Assembly: GCA_013265495.1 (NCBI GenBank)
Contig: MU058000.1
Location: 310,001 to 374,000, forward strand
Source: Vicugna vicugna
Taxonomy: Eukaryota
DNA length: 64,000 nt
Direction: 5' to 3'
Shown here: positions 1 to 12,299 of the stretch, piece after piece
Position numbering within the stretch: the stretch's first letter is position 1
Layout of the letters: each line of letters begins with the position of its first letter
Notes under the pieces: generated by a model
The model's input: only the letters and a program-made list of their open reading frames with translations
Databases searched by the model: none
What the model was told of the DNA's origin: nothing
Made by a program: the position numbers and the translations under genes

Positions 1-609
1 AAATGCCAACGAAGGCAGAAACTGCAGCACAACTAAAAGAGAAGGCTCTGCTATGGATATTGTAGAAAATTTTTAAAGAGTACGATCTGGAAAATTACTA
101 CACTAGTGTTAAAACTATCTTGCAAAACAGCCAAAAAATAAATAACACATCAGTTGCTGTCGCATGTAAAACTAATTTTTTCAGGCATTTCTTAAAAAAA
201 GAAGGTCTTACATGATGGTGAATCTCTTAAATTCAAAGTACCGCTATATATTCAACGTTTAGATTGGGATCAAAAAATAAAAAACATAACAACCACCACC
301 CTAAAATCATCAGTTCAGATCAGGTTGACAAAGTCTCCATGAATTCAACCTATGTTTATCCTTTGGCCTCTGTGAACCCATCACTACTCAGGAGTAAAGA
401 GGACAAAGGGAGGTCATAAACTGAATTTCTTACTCTGTATGAAAGTCCAATAACATGCACGCCCTTCCTCACCCCAGTGAATACTGTAACGACAGACAGG
501 CTGAGAGCTTAGGAACACTGGGTGCTCCGTCTTTGTGCTCCTGCGGCGCTTTATACGAGCTTCTGCTGTGACACCTACTACTACATGTATCTTTTATGTC
601 CATCTCCTC

Positions 610-1403
610 AAAAGACCATGAGTTCCTCTAGGACAAAGATCTTATTCCTCTTCATTTACATATCCCAGCACCCTTCACACACTGATGGTGGAAATGGAAC
701 CTGGTACGGCCACTAAGAAAAACAGCACAGATGTTACTCAAAAAATTAAGGATAGAATTACCATATGATATGGCTGGCTATCCCACTTCTGGGTATTTAT
801 CCAAAGGAAACAAGAACACTAATTAGAAAAGATGGATGCACCTCTACGTTCATCGCAGCACTATTTACCACAGCCAAGAGACAGACACAACCTACATGCC
901 CAACAACAGGTAAGTGGATTAAGAAGATACACACACACAACGGAATACTGCTCAGTCATAAAAGAATATGAAATCGTGCCATTTGCAACAACATAGATGG
1001 ACTTTGAGGATATCATGCTAAGTGAAATAAGGCAGAGAAAGACAAACACTGTATGACTTCACTCATATGTGGAATACAAAAAGCAAACAAGCAAAATAAA
1101 TGAACAAATAAAAACAAACACACAGATGCAGAGGACAGAGCAGCTGCCAGAGGGTTAAGGCCAGGGGGGAGGGCAAAATGGGTAAAGGGGAATCACCTGT
1201 ATGGCAACAGACGGAAACTAACTCTTTGGTGGTAAGCACACTGCAGTACAGACAGAAGTAGAAATATAATGTTGTATACATGAAATGTATATAATGTTAT
1301 AAACCAATATAACCTCAATAAAAAGAAAACTAGAAAAAAAATCCCAGTACCTAATAGAGCGTGGCACATAGCGATCGGTCAATAAATCTTTCTGGAATGT
1401 AAA
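610..1403 (+). mobile_element. L2 3' end split by the L1 insertion at 673-1340
   Basis: 610-672 (ccatgagttcctctaggacaaag...atcccagcacc) and 1341-1403 (atcccagtacctaatagagcgtggcacatag...aataaat...gaatg) rejoin into an L2 tail consensus. Confidence 0.7.
673..1340 (+). mobile_element. 5'-truncated LINE-1 (ORF2 C-terminus, 3' UTR, A-tail)
   Basis: ORF 765..971 AIPLLGIYPKE...FIAALFT is L1 ORF2 C-terminus-like; AATAAA and A-rich tail at about 1317-1340; probable TSD atcccagcacc (662-672) / atcccagtacc (1341-1351). Confidence 0.92.
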
Positions 1404-1409
1404 TATCCT

Positions 1410-1530
1410 TTTACATTCCATTCATTCCACAAGTATTTTTTTTAGTGTATTCTCCATGTGCCGGGCATAGTAGACCCCAACTATGCAACAATGAAAGGGA
1501 AAAAGATCTCCAAACTCAAATAACTTCTTG
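1410..1530 (-). mobile_element. L2 3' end, tail-to-tail with the preceding L2
   Basis: cattccattcattccacaagtatttt...catgtgccgggca resembles the reverse complement of the L2 tail. Confidence 0.65.
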
Positions 1531-4319
1531 TGTTTCAGTAAGTTTGTTTTTGCAATAGATCAACCAGTAAAATCAGTGAGGGCGAGCATCTTACCAGTAG
1601 CAGGTTATTATAACCATCAAGGCAAGCTGATGTCACAAAAGCGAGCACTGCCAGGGGTTAAGAAATAATCAGATGCGGTATAAATTTTGAGGACAGAACC
1701 AATATGATCTGCTGATGAGTTAAGAATGGGTCAGAGTGTGAGAAAATGAGATGGTTCTTTATACGTATTTGGTAAGCAAAAGAATATTATAATTCACTAA
1801 AGATTGGTTTTCTAAAATTAAAATACTACTTTTTTGTGAGTTAGATATATACCTCTTTCTCCTCTTTAAATAGATGCTTTGCACTGTTTCCTTCAAAGGA
1901 GGCGAAGATATTATGATTAATAGTATTTAATAGTAAACTAAGAGCGTTAGGAGAACAATAGTACTAACTGAGAAAAGTAATGGCATAAGTAGAACACTAG
2001 ACACAGGATTTGATGCATATTAAAACTTGAGTGTGGAAGACTTTTCAATCTACAACTTGGTCTTAGGCAGGCTTAGGAAAGTTATTCATAAAACAGAGGT
2101 TAAAAAAATTGGAAATTCAAATTTAAACTTCTAACCCCACTTAAGGAAATTATTCTTGCCTCGGCTTTTTAGTATCTTTTCCTAGGAGAATGTTGAGCAA
2201 TACAAGGATCACTGGCAGCACAATCAAAAGGTGTTAGGATGTGTATTGGATACATTCCTAGAAATTAATATTCAAAGTTGGAAACAAAAATGCCTCTGAA
2301 GGGTATTTTATGCATTCATTAAGTTTTAGGACCATTCTATAACGATCACATATTTCTCTTAAGTCAATGCCTGGAAACAGAAATAACGTTATTTAAAATC
2401 AGCCACTTTTGATGCATTTCTATTTCTGAAACAAAATATAGACAAGGAAACAAACAACTAAAGTTTCAAATTATGCAATTGGAATGAACATTGTTTAATT
2501 TTCAGAAGAAAAAAAATGCACCATTCATCTCCAGAGAAATGTTTATAACAACCATCAGGGATTTCTTCCTCTGTCTCTCTCTTTTTTTCTTCCCTTAAAG
2601 GATGCTTAAGCATGCATTTATTTTTATGAAGAACATGGGACAAAAGTTTAAAAACAAACCTCCAAATAATGTAACTTACATATACAATAAACATCTTCAA
2701 GTTGTTGATTTTCCCTAAAATTCACAGAATATTGCTTGTTCAACATTAAATGACAAAATGGATTGAGTCAATAAGCACTTTTAAATGGTGATCAAAGAAA
2801 AACTCAATGGAAACAAACCAAGACATTCATTTTATGTTCCCTTTTAGGTCTACCAAAGCAAGCTATGACTGCTTAACCTCCAGCAAAGCACTGAAACAGA
2901 TGCAACAGAGAACTTTCATGTGGCCAGTTCCCCTCGGCTTTCCACACCACAACCAGTTGTGGGCACTGTTATTTAGCCTAACTCCTATGGGTATCACTCC
3001 CAATTTCACAAGCAAATAAAATCAAACTAATAATACAGGATTTTCAAGGAAAGTGCCCAACAGGACTACTTTCCTCTCAAGCCCTTATAGTTATCAACCA
3101 CTTAGCGAATTAAAGATGAAATGGCACGCTTCGAAATCAAGTCCACGTCTGGAGGGGTTGTAAAGATGGAAACTTTGACTTCACTCCTCAAATTCACTTA
3201 AAACCAACCTCTTTGATTGTAAATGGTTGGGAGAGAGATCACTGCCCTTGGAAAAGAGTTTGGAAATGGCTTCTCCACATCTGAGTTCCAGTCTGGAAAG
3301 CAGAGACTAAATGTCCCTGCATGTATCTATATGTCTTACAGCTCCCTCTGCCACAGCTGTGTGTGTAACTGGACTTCCCCACCTCCTCTGTACAGTCACT
3401 TTACCTTTGCATTATAAATTTCTTTGTTAATATCTGGCAGAGTTTCACAGATGGTAAGCACCCTGATGTTTCAGTCAATTCTCTGTAAGGACTTTTCTAG
3501 AGTTAATGACCATCAGGGACTTAACTAAAAGTACTTTTAAAATGACAAATGCAAAATTTATCATTTTATCTTTAATTTGGCAATTGTATTAGTATTTTCA
3601 CTGTTGTTGTTTAAGATGAGAGAAATCTGACAGGAAATTACTCTTAGCATCCTAATTCGTGTTTATTTAGAGTATCTGGTTTAAATTTACCTCCAAATTA
3701 ATATGTGGTAGTGACTGCTTTATTCTACTCACACAATTTAAAATAGATGAAGCACCAAGGAAAGAGCACAGTCTGCCTAAAAATGGCCTGAGGTGTAAAC
3801 ATTAAAATAAATGCTAGAAGTCAACAGCTCACTTGTTTCTATTTCTTTCTCGTACTTCTGGGGAAGAAAAATTGGAATCAGACAATTTTGCCTGCTACTA
3901 TCAAAGAGTCCTTACTAAAAACAAAAGTCAAACTGTGATTTTGCAAAGTTCTATACTTTATAGAACAGACATCTGACAATCATATATATTTTCCCAGATC
4001 GTGAAAAATAGCAATCCTAAACAGATGGTCAAATTAGAACCAACCACAAAATTAAACAACACTGATTCATTTTTTCCAGTCACAGATATCTTTTATGTGG
4101 AAATATCAGGTTTTAATTAGACTTTTTTTTTTAACAAAATCACTGATGACTCCTACTCCAAAATTTGTGTCAGACTGAAAAAAATAAAATAAAAGAGGAT
4201 ATGGTAATCTGTTGAATATAATAACGGTAACTTTAAATTCAATGCTAAAAGTTCATGAAAAGACACAAATGTGAGTCATTTTACTGGCAGTAAATAAAGG
4301 GAAAAATACAAGAAATTTA

Positions 4320-4430
4320 TGCTCATACCCTGTTTCCACCACAAGCTATGCACTGTTGGGCAAGTCACTGTACTACACTCAACCCCAGTTTCCACCATCT
4401 GTGAAAAGGGGCACCATAATTACACTTGCA
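4320..4430 (+). mobile_element. MIR fragment
   Basis: ttgggcaagtcact...cagtttccaccatctgtgaaaagggg, MIR core. Confidence 0.7.
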
Positions 4431-4984
4431 AATGTAAATTATAATTACCATTTTTTAAAGAGCCACGCTGCGTACAAGAACCCAACATAGCCATAGCTTC
4501 AAATACGTTGCTAGGTGTCACTTCACAAATGATTTAAATAAATCATTTCATGGGAAGGAACAAAAAATACTTCTACAAGTCCTTATCTGTTCAACACTTA
4601 AGTTCCTGTGAACTGCTATAGCCTTAGATGTCTCACGAGTTGTCTCCTAATTGTTTCATTGCAGCCATTCTCATCTCTCAAAAGAACTACTAGTAGGAAA
4701 TAAACTCTTCTAAAGAAAATTAAGCATAACTATAGAAACAAGCACATATTACACGGGTTAGCTAAGCATTCCCGATAACCTACATATAATGTACAGAGTG
4801 GCCAGAAATGGTTCTAACAGAAACCTTTTTGATTAGAAACCCCTTCAGTCCATTAGGCAACATTTATCAAGTTCATTGCATTGCTTAAATAGTAGTAATC
4901 TTTGGGATATGAGATATGGACTTTTTTTCACTGAAAATATAGTTTTGTCCTATTTTCTTGTTTTTATTTCCCCCAGTCTAGCCA

Positions 4985-5180
4985 ACACATACACACAGAG
5001 AGAGAGAGAGGGAAAGGGAAGGAGAAAGAGAAAGAGGGAGAATGAATGTATGTATATCCACAGCTTATCCAAATTTCTTTATCTACACATAAACATATGT
5101 GTATGTACATGTGTGCATACACACATACCACTTTATCCACAATTTTATATTTATCCACAATTTATCCACAATTATAAATT
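4985..5180. repeat. (CA)n/(GA)n microsatellite followed by degenerate TTATCCACA tandem units
   Basis: acacacagagagagagagag at about 4991-5010; ttatccaca at 5133, 5151 and 5162, with variants at 5055, 5065 and 5079. Confidence 0.85.
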
Positions 5181-5559
5181 ATCTGGAGTTTCAGGCTTTG
5201 TGCCTAGTCTTGAGGATGGAAAAACAACCCAAATTTGATGCCTGTTTTCAAATAGCAAATATAAATTTAAAACTGTACACCTGCTTGGTTTACTTGACAC
5301 ACGTGCCTTCAATATCACTTGCTGATAGAACTACCAGCTCTTTTCACATCAGTAAGACTTTTGTGAACCATCTATTTCAAGTGATTCATCAAGGTCTGAC
5401 TCTAAACTTCCAATCAGCATAGTTCTGCAGTGAGTCTTACTCCCAGTTCCCTGACCCTTAATACCTAACACACTATTAAGTAGTCAATTGATATTTGCTA
5501 ATTGACTTATTGCTTGGTTGAACCATTAATCGGCAACTATTTGGTAATACAGTAACAAC

Positions 5560-5790
5560 AAAATAATAGCAGCTGCTAATTGATAGCTTATCAGGTATCA
5601 GATACCCTGCCAAACACTCTATATACAATTTCACATTTAATTCTATAATAAAGGTACTATTATACCTGTTTTTAAGGATGATATAACTGAGGCTTTGATT
5701 TTAAGCAACTTGCCTAAAGCTACACAACTAGAAAATGATTTACACTCAAAGCTTTGCCCAAAGCTACTAATGCTATATGCTACCTCCCAA
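5560..5790 (-). mobile_element. MIR
   Basis: ggtactattatacctgtttttaaggatgatataactgaggct...aagcaacttgcctaaagctacacaactag, reverse-complement MIR core. Confidence 0.75.
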
Positions 5791-6202
5791 AGAGAAAGGC
5801 CTCATCTGTAGATGGCTTGATCCACTGAAATTTTCACTTATAGCTAACTATACTAAAAAACAGGTCAATACAATCAGCAAAGTCAATTCTAAGTATGTAA
5901 CAATCATGTACACAAAAAACAAACGTTAAAAAAAAGCAAGCATATAAGCTGCGTATATTTGTGTGTGTGCCTATATATCCTTCAGATTACTCACCATTTC
6001 AGATTTCAGAGACATCTTTTCTCTGCATTAGCACCCACTGTCAGGACTTGACTATATAGTTCTAAAAACTGAAAGGGATTTTGCTTTTAAAGATCTCACT
6101 GTAAGTTTTCAACTGCAGACCCATATTTTATCTCTATCCCATCCCAGGCATCCAGCACAATGTCTGTCACATACTAGATGCTCACTACATAGCAAAGGAA
6201 TA

Positions 6203-6827
6203 TCGTGGCCCCCCATTATCCACGAGGGATACATTCTAAGACCCCCTGGGGATGCCTGATATCAAACTCTATATATATGATGTTTTTTCCTATACATACA
6301 CACCTATGATAAAAATTTATAAATTAGGCACAGTAAGAGATTACCAACAACTAATAATAAAATAGAAAAATTATAACAATATACTGTAATAAAAGTTATG
6401 TGAATGTGATTTCTTCCCCAAAATTTCTTTCTGCACTGGATTCACCCTTCTACACCCTACATGATGAGATGAAGTGAATGATGTAGGCCTTGTGATATCG
6501 TCTTAGGCTACTACTGACTTTCTGACAATATGTCAGAAGGAGGATCACCTACTTTGGGTGATTCTGGATCATCAAGCCATGATGATATGGATGGCTGGAT
6601 GTCAGGAGCAGATTTAGATGGCTGGGTATCTTGGGTGGGAGAAAGTGGGATTGCTCAAGATTTCATCACGCTACTCAGAACAATGCACAATTTAAAACTT
6701 ATGAATTATTTCTAGAATTTTCCATTTAATATTTTTGGACAACTGGTCCAAAATTGATCATATCAGTTACTGGGACAGGTCAACTGAAACCGTGAAAAGG
6801 TAAACCACTAACAAGGAAGAAATACTG
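6203..6827 (-). mobile_element. MER44 (Tigger7-derived) non-autonomous DNA transposon
   Basis: TA-flanked; degenerate termini (..gtggccccccattatcc / ..aatactg); internal tttcatcacgctactcagaac...tttaaaacttatgaatt...tttccatttaatattttt and aaattaggcacagtaagagatt match the remembered MER44 consensus. Confidence 0.85.
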
Positions 6828-8204
6828 TATAATCATTAACTCTTAAAACTCTGTTCTAAGCTGAATGTTCCATTTATATGCATGTCTGATAATGCGTATG
6901 TAACTGGAACACCACAAATATAATTAGTGAAAAAACATTTATTTTAAGCACAACAAGGTAAACTTTAACTTTCCAACACATCAAAAATTTCCTCACTATT
7001 TTTTAAATGCAAGTAATTAAATATAAAATGTGTTAATACAATCTTCTGGCTAAATTTTAATTATGGAAGTTGGGAAATTTAGCATTATCTCCATAGCAAC
7101 AATACTCTGGCAACAGATATATTAAATATGTGTGAACATTAGACATAATCAAAACAAAGCATGACATAAGAACCAAATTGCAAAAGTTGTCAAGATTGTC
7201 ACGGCCTAAATTTAGCAACTTAAGCACATTTACTCCAAACACATAAACTCCAAACTAACTTAAATTTTATTTCCTTGATATTAACAATTGTAATTTTAAC
7301 AATTACTAGAAAGGCAAAAATATATAAATATACTAAATATAGTGAACTTTGCCAACATCAAAACGAGCAAAGCGTTAAGAAAGTTTCTTCCTAGTTACAT
7401 GCTGTATCATCTGCAAGCTGTTTGAAGAAAATTAAAGAAGTATAAAACAGAAAGACTATAAATTTGTTTTCACTGTATTCCTTGCAAGAGATGGGTAATA
7501 AGAAAAGATGCCAAACTGAAGAAGAATCTCTGAATCTGGGACAAATCTGTTGTGCCTGAGTTTGCATCAAACCACATCTTACTGCTCTGTCAGAAATTAT
7601 GTTTTTCCAGAAAAAAAAGGGCTGCCTACTGGCTGCACCATAATAGGTGTTAAGGAAAACAAACATGAAAGATAAAAATTAGTTCTTTAAAATAAAAAAG
7701 TTTCTTCCTAGAGGTTTATGAAGTTTTATGACAGCCCACTCAGACAGTTCCTTTATCACAGATGTTAATAACAAGTATCAGGTATGGGATTCATTTGACC
7801 CTGTCCATACTGCCTTATCCTATTACCCATGTTAACAGTCTTTCATATATTTGACTCCATCATACTCAAATGCAAATCCTTTTAGGAAGCTGGTAGAAGA
7901 AACAGAAAGAAAATTTGAATATTCTGTCTTCTAGTCTCAGCTGACTTTTTGCCACAAAAGTAATGACTCTCTTAAAGTCCCTGCTACTCTACCCAATGCC
8001 TGATATGTAGCAGACATCCAAAAACTGTACACATCTACTGAGAGAAAAGCAGTGAGGCTGCTGGGGATGTTCCAAGGTTGCCAATCTTCTTCAGCTTCAG
8101 TCTTTGCAACTGCAAAACTGAGCATAATACTACCAACTGATACAGTTACTATGAGCGTTAGAAGTGCCTAGCACACAGTGACCACTTACCTATTATGTAT
8201 CTTA

Positions 8205-8340
8205 TTTTGAACCTTAGTTTCCTAGTAGGTTAAAAGGGATCAACAAAATTTAACCCAAAGAGTTGTGAGAATTAAATGAGTGTACATATGTAAATCAGCT
8301 GGCATAAATACCTGACAAAGAGTAGGTCTTCAAGTAAACC
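8205..8340 (+). mobile_element. MIR fragment
   Basis: ccttagtttcc...gagttgtgagaattaaatgag...catatgtaaa, MIR 3' half. Confidence 0.65.
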
Positions 8341-8568
8341 ATAATTCCTTTCTTTGCTACCAGAAGAAATTTAAAAACAGGTTACTAGTTGGTTGAAAGA
8401 ATAAAAATCACAGCATTCTAATAAACTTCTACGACTTTTTCTGGCACCAATACAACTTTCCTATGAAAGCTTACAATTAGCAATTAAAGTATATATACTA
8501 TGTTCTAGAAGAAATACTAGAGGAAAATCAAATAAGTCTTTTAAATTAGAATTCATTCACATTTTTAC

Positions 8569-8733
8569 CTTTTCTTCTAGTTGGTCCTTCAAACACTGAT
8601 ATTTTAGCTTCAGTTTTTTGTTCTCATTTTCATTCTGCGTTAATTCCTCGGTCAGCCTGTCGTACTGTGATTTCAACTTCTCTAGCTGGCAATGCTGGGC
8701 TTTAGCCATATTCTTATCTTCTAAGCTTTCTGC
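8569..8733 (-). CDS. CEP128: CEP128 internal coding exon (165 nt, phase 0-0), AESLEDKNMAKAQHCQLEKLKSQYDRLTEELTQNENENKKLKLKYQCLKDQLEEK
   Basis: ccttctctttttctcag|GCAGAA...GAAAAG|gtaaaa; overlaps ORF 8557..8790. I did not find the next exon in 1-8568, so it is presumably outside the window. Confidence 0.96.
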
Positions 8734-8889
8734 CTGAGAAAAAGAGAAGGAGAAAAGAGAAAGTCCACTGGCCACAGCGAAACTGTACACAAAAGAAATT
8801 CCACATTATACTCGTGGGCAAACACCTTGAAACTTGCTACCTCTAAGCATTCACGCATGAACATACACGCAAAGGAAATGTCCTTTGCA

Positions 8890-9110
8890 CGTATTCAATC
8901 ACTCGCTAGCAGTCACTGAGCACCTACTAAGTGAAAGGTGCTCTACTAGATGCTGAAGATGACACAAACCGTAAGAGAGATGCTCCAGCCAATTTCTACG
9001 ACAGTGAATATGAAGCACTGAAGAAAGGTACAAGCAGAGGAGTGCACAGCCCAATGAAAGCACACTGACTGCTGAGAAGGGAAGGATTATGAGAGAAGTG
9101 TCTCCAAAAG
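8890..9110 (-). mobile_element. L2 3' fragment
   Basis: attcaatcactc...actgagcacctactaagtgaaaggtgctctactagatgctgaagat, reverse-complement L2 tail. Confidence 0.65.
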
Positions 9111-9449
9111 AATATACTATGGAATATTACTGCCTGATCAGTTTCCTCATCTATAAAAGGAGATCAACAATATTCCTAGTCAAGCTACCTCCTCGTTTTT
9201 GGCAAAGAACTGTGTACTTTTTGTACATTACAATAGACTATGAATCACAGCAGCCAAGAAACTACAAATAACTTAATATGAAAAAGAAAGAGTTTACCAG
9301 TGATTATTGTAGTACCAACAGTGTACAGTACCTGGTTTTCATTCATTATTTGGAATATAGCCAGAATCAGCTTTTTAAAAAATTAGGAATAATCTGTGGA
9401 TGGGATTCAATAAAGATTTGCCAGGTATGTGAACTTACAGACTTTTAAA

Positions 9450-9690
9450 ATAACAACAATGTCAACACCGTCTATACGTCAAGCACTGCTCTAAAACCTT
9501 TTTGTGTAGTTTTTCCTCATTTCATCCTCAGCACAACCTGACCAAGGAGGTACTATTACTGTCTCCTTTTTTTGAAACTGAAGCAGAAAGACACAAATAA
9601 CTTGCCCAAGAGTATGAATAGTGCAGAGCCAGGATTTGAACCCAGGAATTTTCTACTGTCTATACTTTCAACTACTCTGCCTCCCTGCCA
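9450..9690 (-). mobile_element. MIR
   Basis: ggtactattactgtctcc...gaaactgaagcag...aataacttgcccaag...gcagagccaggatttgaacccagg. Confidence 0.85.
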
Positions 9691-10158
9691 TGAAAGGGTA
9701 CATATATCGTACGGTTTAAAAAAAATTTTTTTTTAAATAGCAGGGTGCAACTTGCAATGTTAAACAGTCACACTTACCAGTTACTGACACTTTATAAGCA
9801 ACTACATAGAATCTGTTACAACGTAAGTTTCAATGTGTAAGTTTATGTACGTTTATTATGTACGTTTAATTGGGTAGTATGTTGGAACATAGTCACTGGA
9901 AGTAATTTCCCAAAAGGAAGAAGTTTTGTGAGTTTCAGGCAAAAATCATTATTTTATTCACCCCACAAAATTCAGCTAAGACTTGATGCCACTTTGAATT
10001 AACGAAAGAATTGATTTTTTAAAATGAGGACTCCTATATTCACTACCCAAAAATAAACTTATAAAGTCTCATCAGGAAAACTGTTCAATTATGATTTTAA
10101 GTTTCAGTCGAATGCTTGGTTTTTTTGTGTGTCTTATAAAAAACGTAGATATAGAAGG

Positions 10159-10369
10159 CCAATAGTGTGCTGGGCCAGCTCACAGAGATTCTCAGGGAAC
10201 AAATGTGCTTGTCTCTCTTCCCAACTCAGTCTGCAGTGATGCTGTTTGACAACCTGAAATCAGCCAAATGGGGGGTTTATACCACTAAACCTGGCAAATG
10301 CTAAAAATCAAGGTTTTCCCCCCTTTATCTCCAGAGACCTATTTTAAAACATTCACCAGCACACCAACG
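10159..10369 (+). mobile_element. MER63A-like hAT-Blackjack MITE
   Basis: TIR-like ends ccaatagtgtgctgg / ccagcacaccaacg; internal tctcttcccaactc...tgaaatcagcca...ggcaaatgcta matches the remembered MER63A consensus. Confidence 0.8.
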
Positions 10370-10454
10370 TCTAAGTTTGACTAAGAACTTACTTCTTGTT
10401 GTGGTTTTATTATTACATTTATATTTCATTTTAGGATTTATAAAGCAAAGTCAC

Positions 10455-10600
10455 ACTCACAAAGACTCTGTGACAGAGGTCAAAGACACTATTGTTCCCA
10501 TTTCACTGATGAGGTAAAAAAGGTTCAGTAACTTGACCAACATCACGTGGCCAGCAAATGGCAAAAGTATAGAACTCCACTCTTGGTCTTTTGATTCCAA
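10455..10600 (-). mobile_element. MIR fragment
   Basis: cccatttcactgatgagg...aggttcagtaacttgaccaacatcac. Confidence 0.7.
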
Positions 10601-12299
10601 TAAAGGCTCCACAAAATTATTTTTCTTGAGCATAATTAGGTAATAATCCAACATCCCTCAAATATTAATAGCAGCTGGAGTATTTCATTAAAATGTTTTA
10701 CACTTAAGTTTTAAAATAGGCATGAGAAAGGTAGGTCTAGATGGAGAAAAATATATTTTGTGCAGAGAAAAAAAATATAGGTAATGTATCAGCACTTATT
10801 AGACTCAGAAAAAACAATGAAATAAGGTAAAGACAAAGAAAAATAACATTTATAGAGCTACTTATCCAAAGGGCTCTTGTACATAACTTAGTGTAAATCT
10901 TCAGTGATGTCTGTTGTTATCAATTCCTTTTAATTAATATAAATAAGTCAGAAGTGTAAAATTATATTAATGAAATAGCATGGGGTGGGGTTGTTCCTTA
11001 TGCATAACTCACTCGGTTTAAAAGGAAAGTGCTGGCTCCTCACAATCTCTGGCTCTCCTTTTAAGCTCGTACACTGCTTTTGTACCACATTCATTAAACA
11101 GTGACTGCAACATTCCTCCTCAACTCTGTACTCCAAATTTTTTAAAAGCTTTAAAGTCTTCAGAGAATCCATAGGATAGTTCTAAACTATATCTTCTTGA
11201 CGTACAGATAATTTCTTAAAGCTTTACTGTCATCTCACTGTACATGAACACAAAGCACTTCCTAAAGGCAAGCAATTTCTCACATTATAGGGAGAAATCC
11301 AAATCAGATCACAGAGCAAGTCAAGAGCAAATCCTTCCATTTCTAGCCTTTCAAACATTTCAACCCAATATCCACTGAATATGTTCTGTATGTCTCAAAC
11401 ATGATGCTAGACACCGTAAGAGGATACAAAAATGACTAAGACCTGAAGCCTGCCCCTTTGGAGTACCAACAAAAAGCTACAGAAACACAGAGGATTGAAA
11501 GATTTACCCTGACTTCGGTTGATATATTCCAACTTCAGGGAATTCACAAAAGAGGTGAAAAATTAATTGGGGCTTGAAAGATTCGGCAGCCTTTTGCCTC
11601 CTGCACATTGTGAGGAAAGACAGCCCAGATGAAGATCCGGCTGTGAAAGGTATGCGTGGGAAATGGCTGCATATTTGTATGAGGAAAGTTGGGAGCATAA
11701 GAAGGCCACAAAGATGAACAGCTTGGGTGGGACTATATCATGGAGAACTGGGGTAGATTTGGGACTCTGCATTTGAAGTTTTCAAGCAGGAAGTGACACT
11801 CGGATCAGTTTTTTAAAAAGGCAATCAGGGGATATTGGAAAGTTGAAAAGGAAGAGGTGGGAGTAGAAAGAGGAACTAAGGGGGAAGTACGGAGGCTACT
11901 GAAAGCCACACAGCCCGCATCCTTGTTTCTACTATGACGCATGATGTATTGTTCATATGCCAGTGCATCCAGGAGCAAACGTAATCTCTGTCAAGCAGGC
12001 TGTATCTCATGACTTCATCTCCCTCTCAAGAAAGCCAAGCACAATGTGACAATAACGTTCTTATAGAGATGATCTTAAATCTCTGCCAACTGATTAAATT
12101 ACTTCTTGCTCCTGCTCAAATGTGTGTTTGTCATACAACCTAAATAATGGTGATGAGAGCCAAAAATAGGTCAGCGAGAGGGAGAAGAAAAGGAAGGTAT
12201 GGTTTCAACTGTATTCTCAAGAAAACTGGAAGTCCCTTGAAAAAACCCTTTTCTCAAGCCATGACCTAACAAATCATTATGTACTCATCCTCATGCAAA

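Noticed and set aside
3825..3925. Further minus-strand AG...GT pseudo-exon (similar one near 33540-33595)
   Set aside because: Such motif pairs are abundant in long introns; no match to the CEP128 protein and no extra supporting signal.
5050..5180. TTATCCACA repeats identical to bacterial DnaA boxes (oriC-like cluster, contamination or horizontal transfer)
   Set aside because: They sit in microsatellite-rich mammalian intron between MIR/L2 remnants, with no bacterial genes or compositional break; local slippage explains them.
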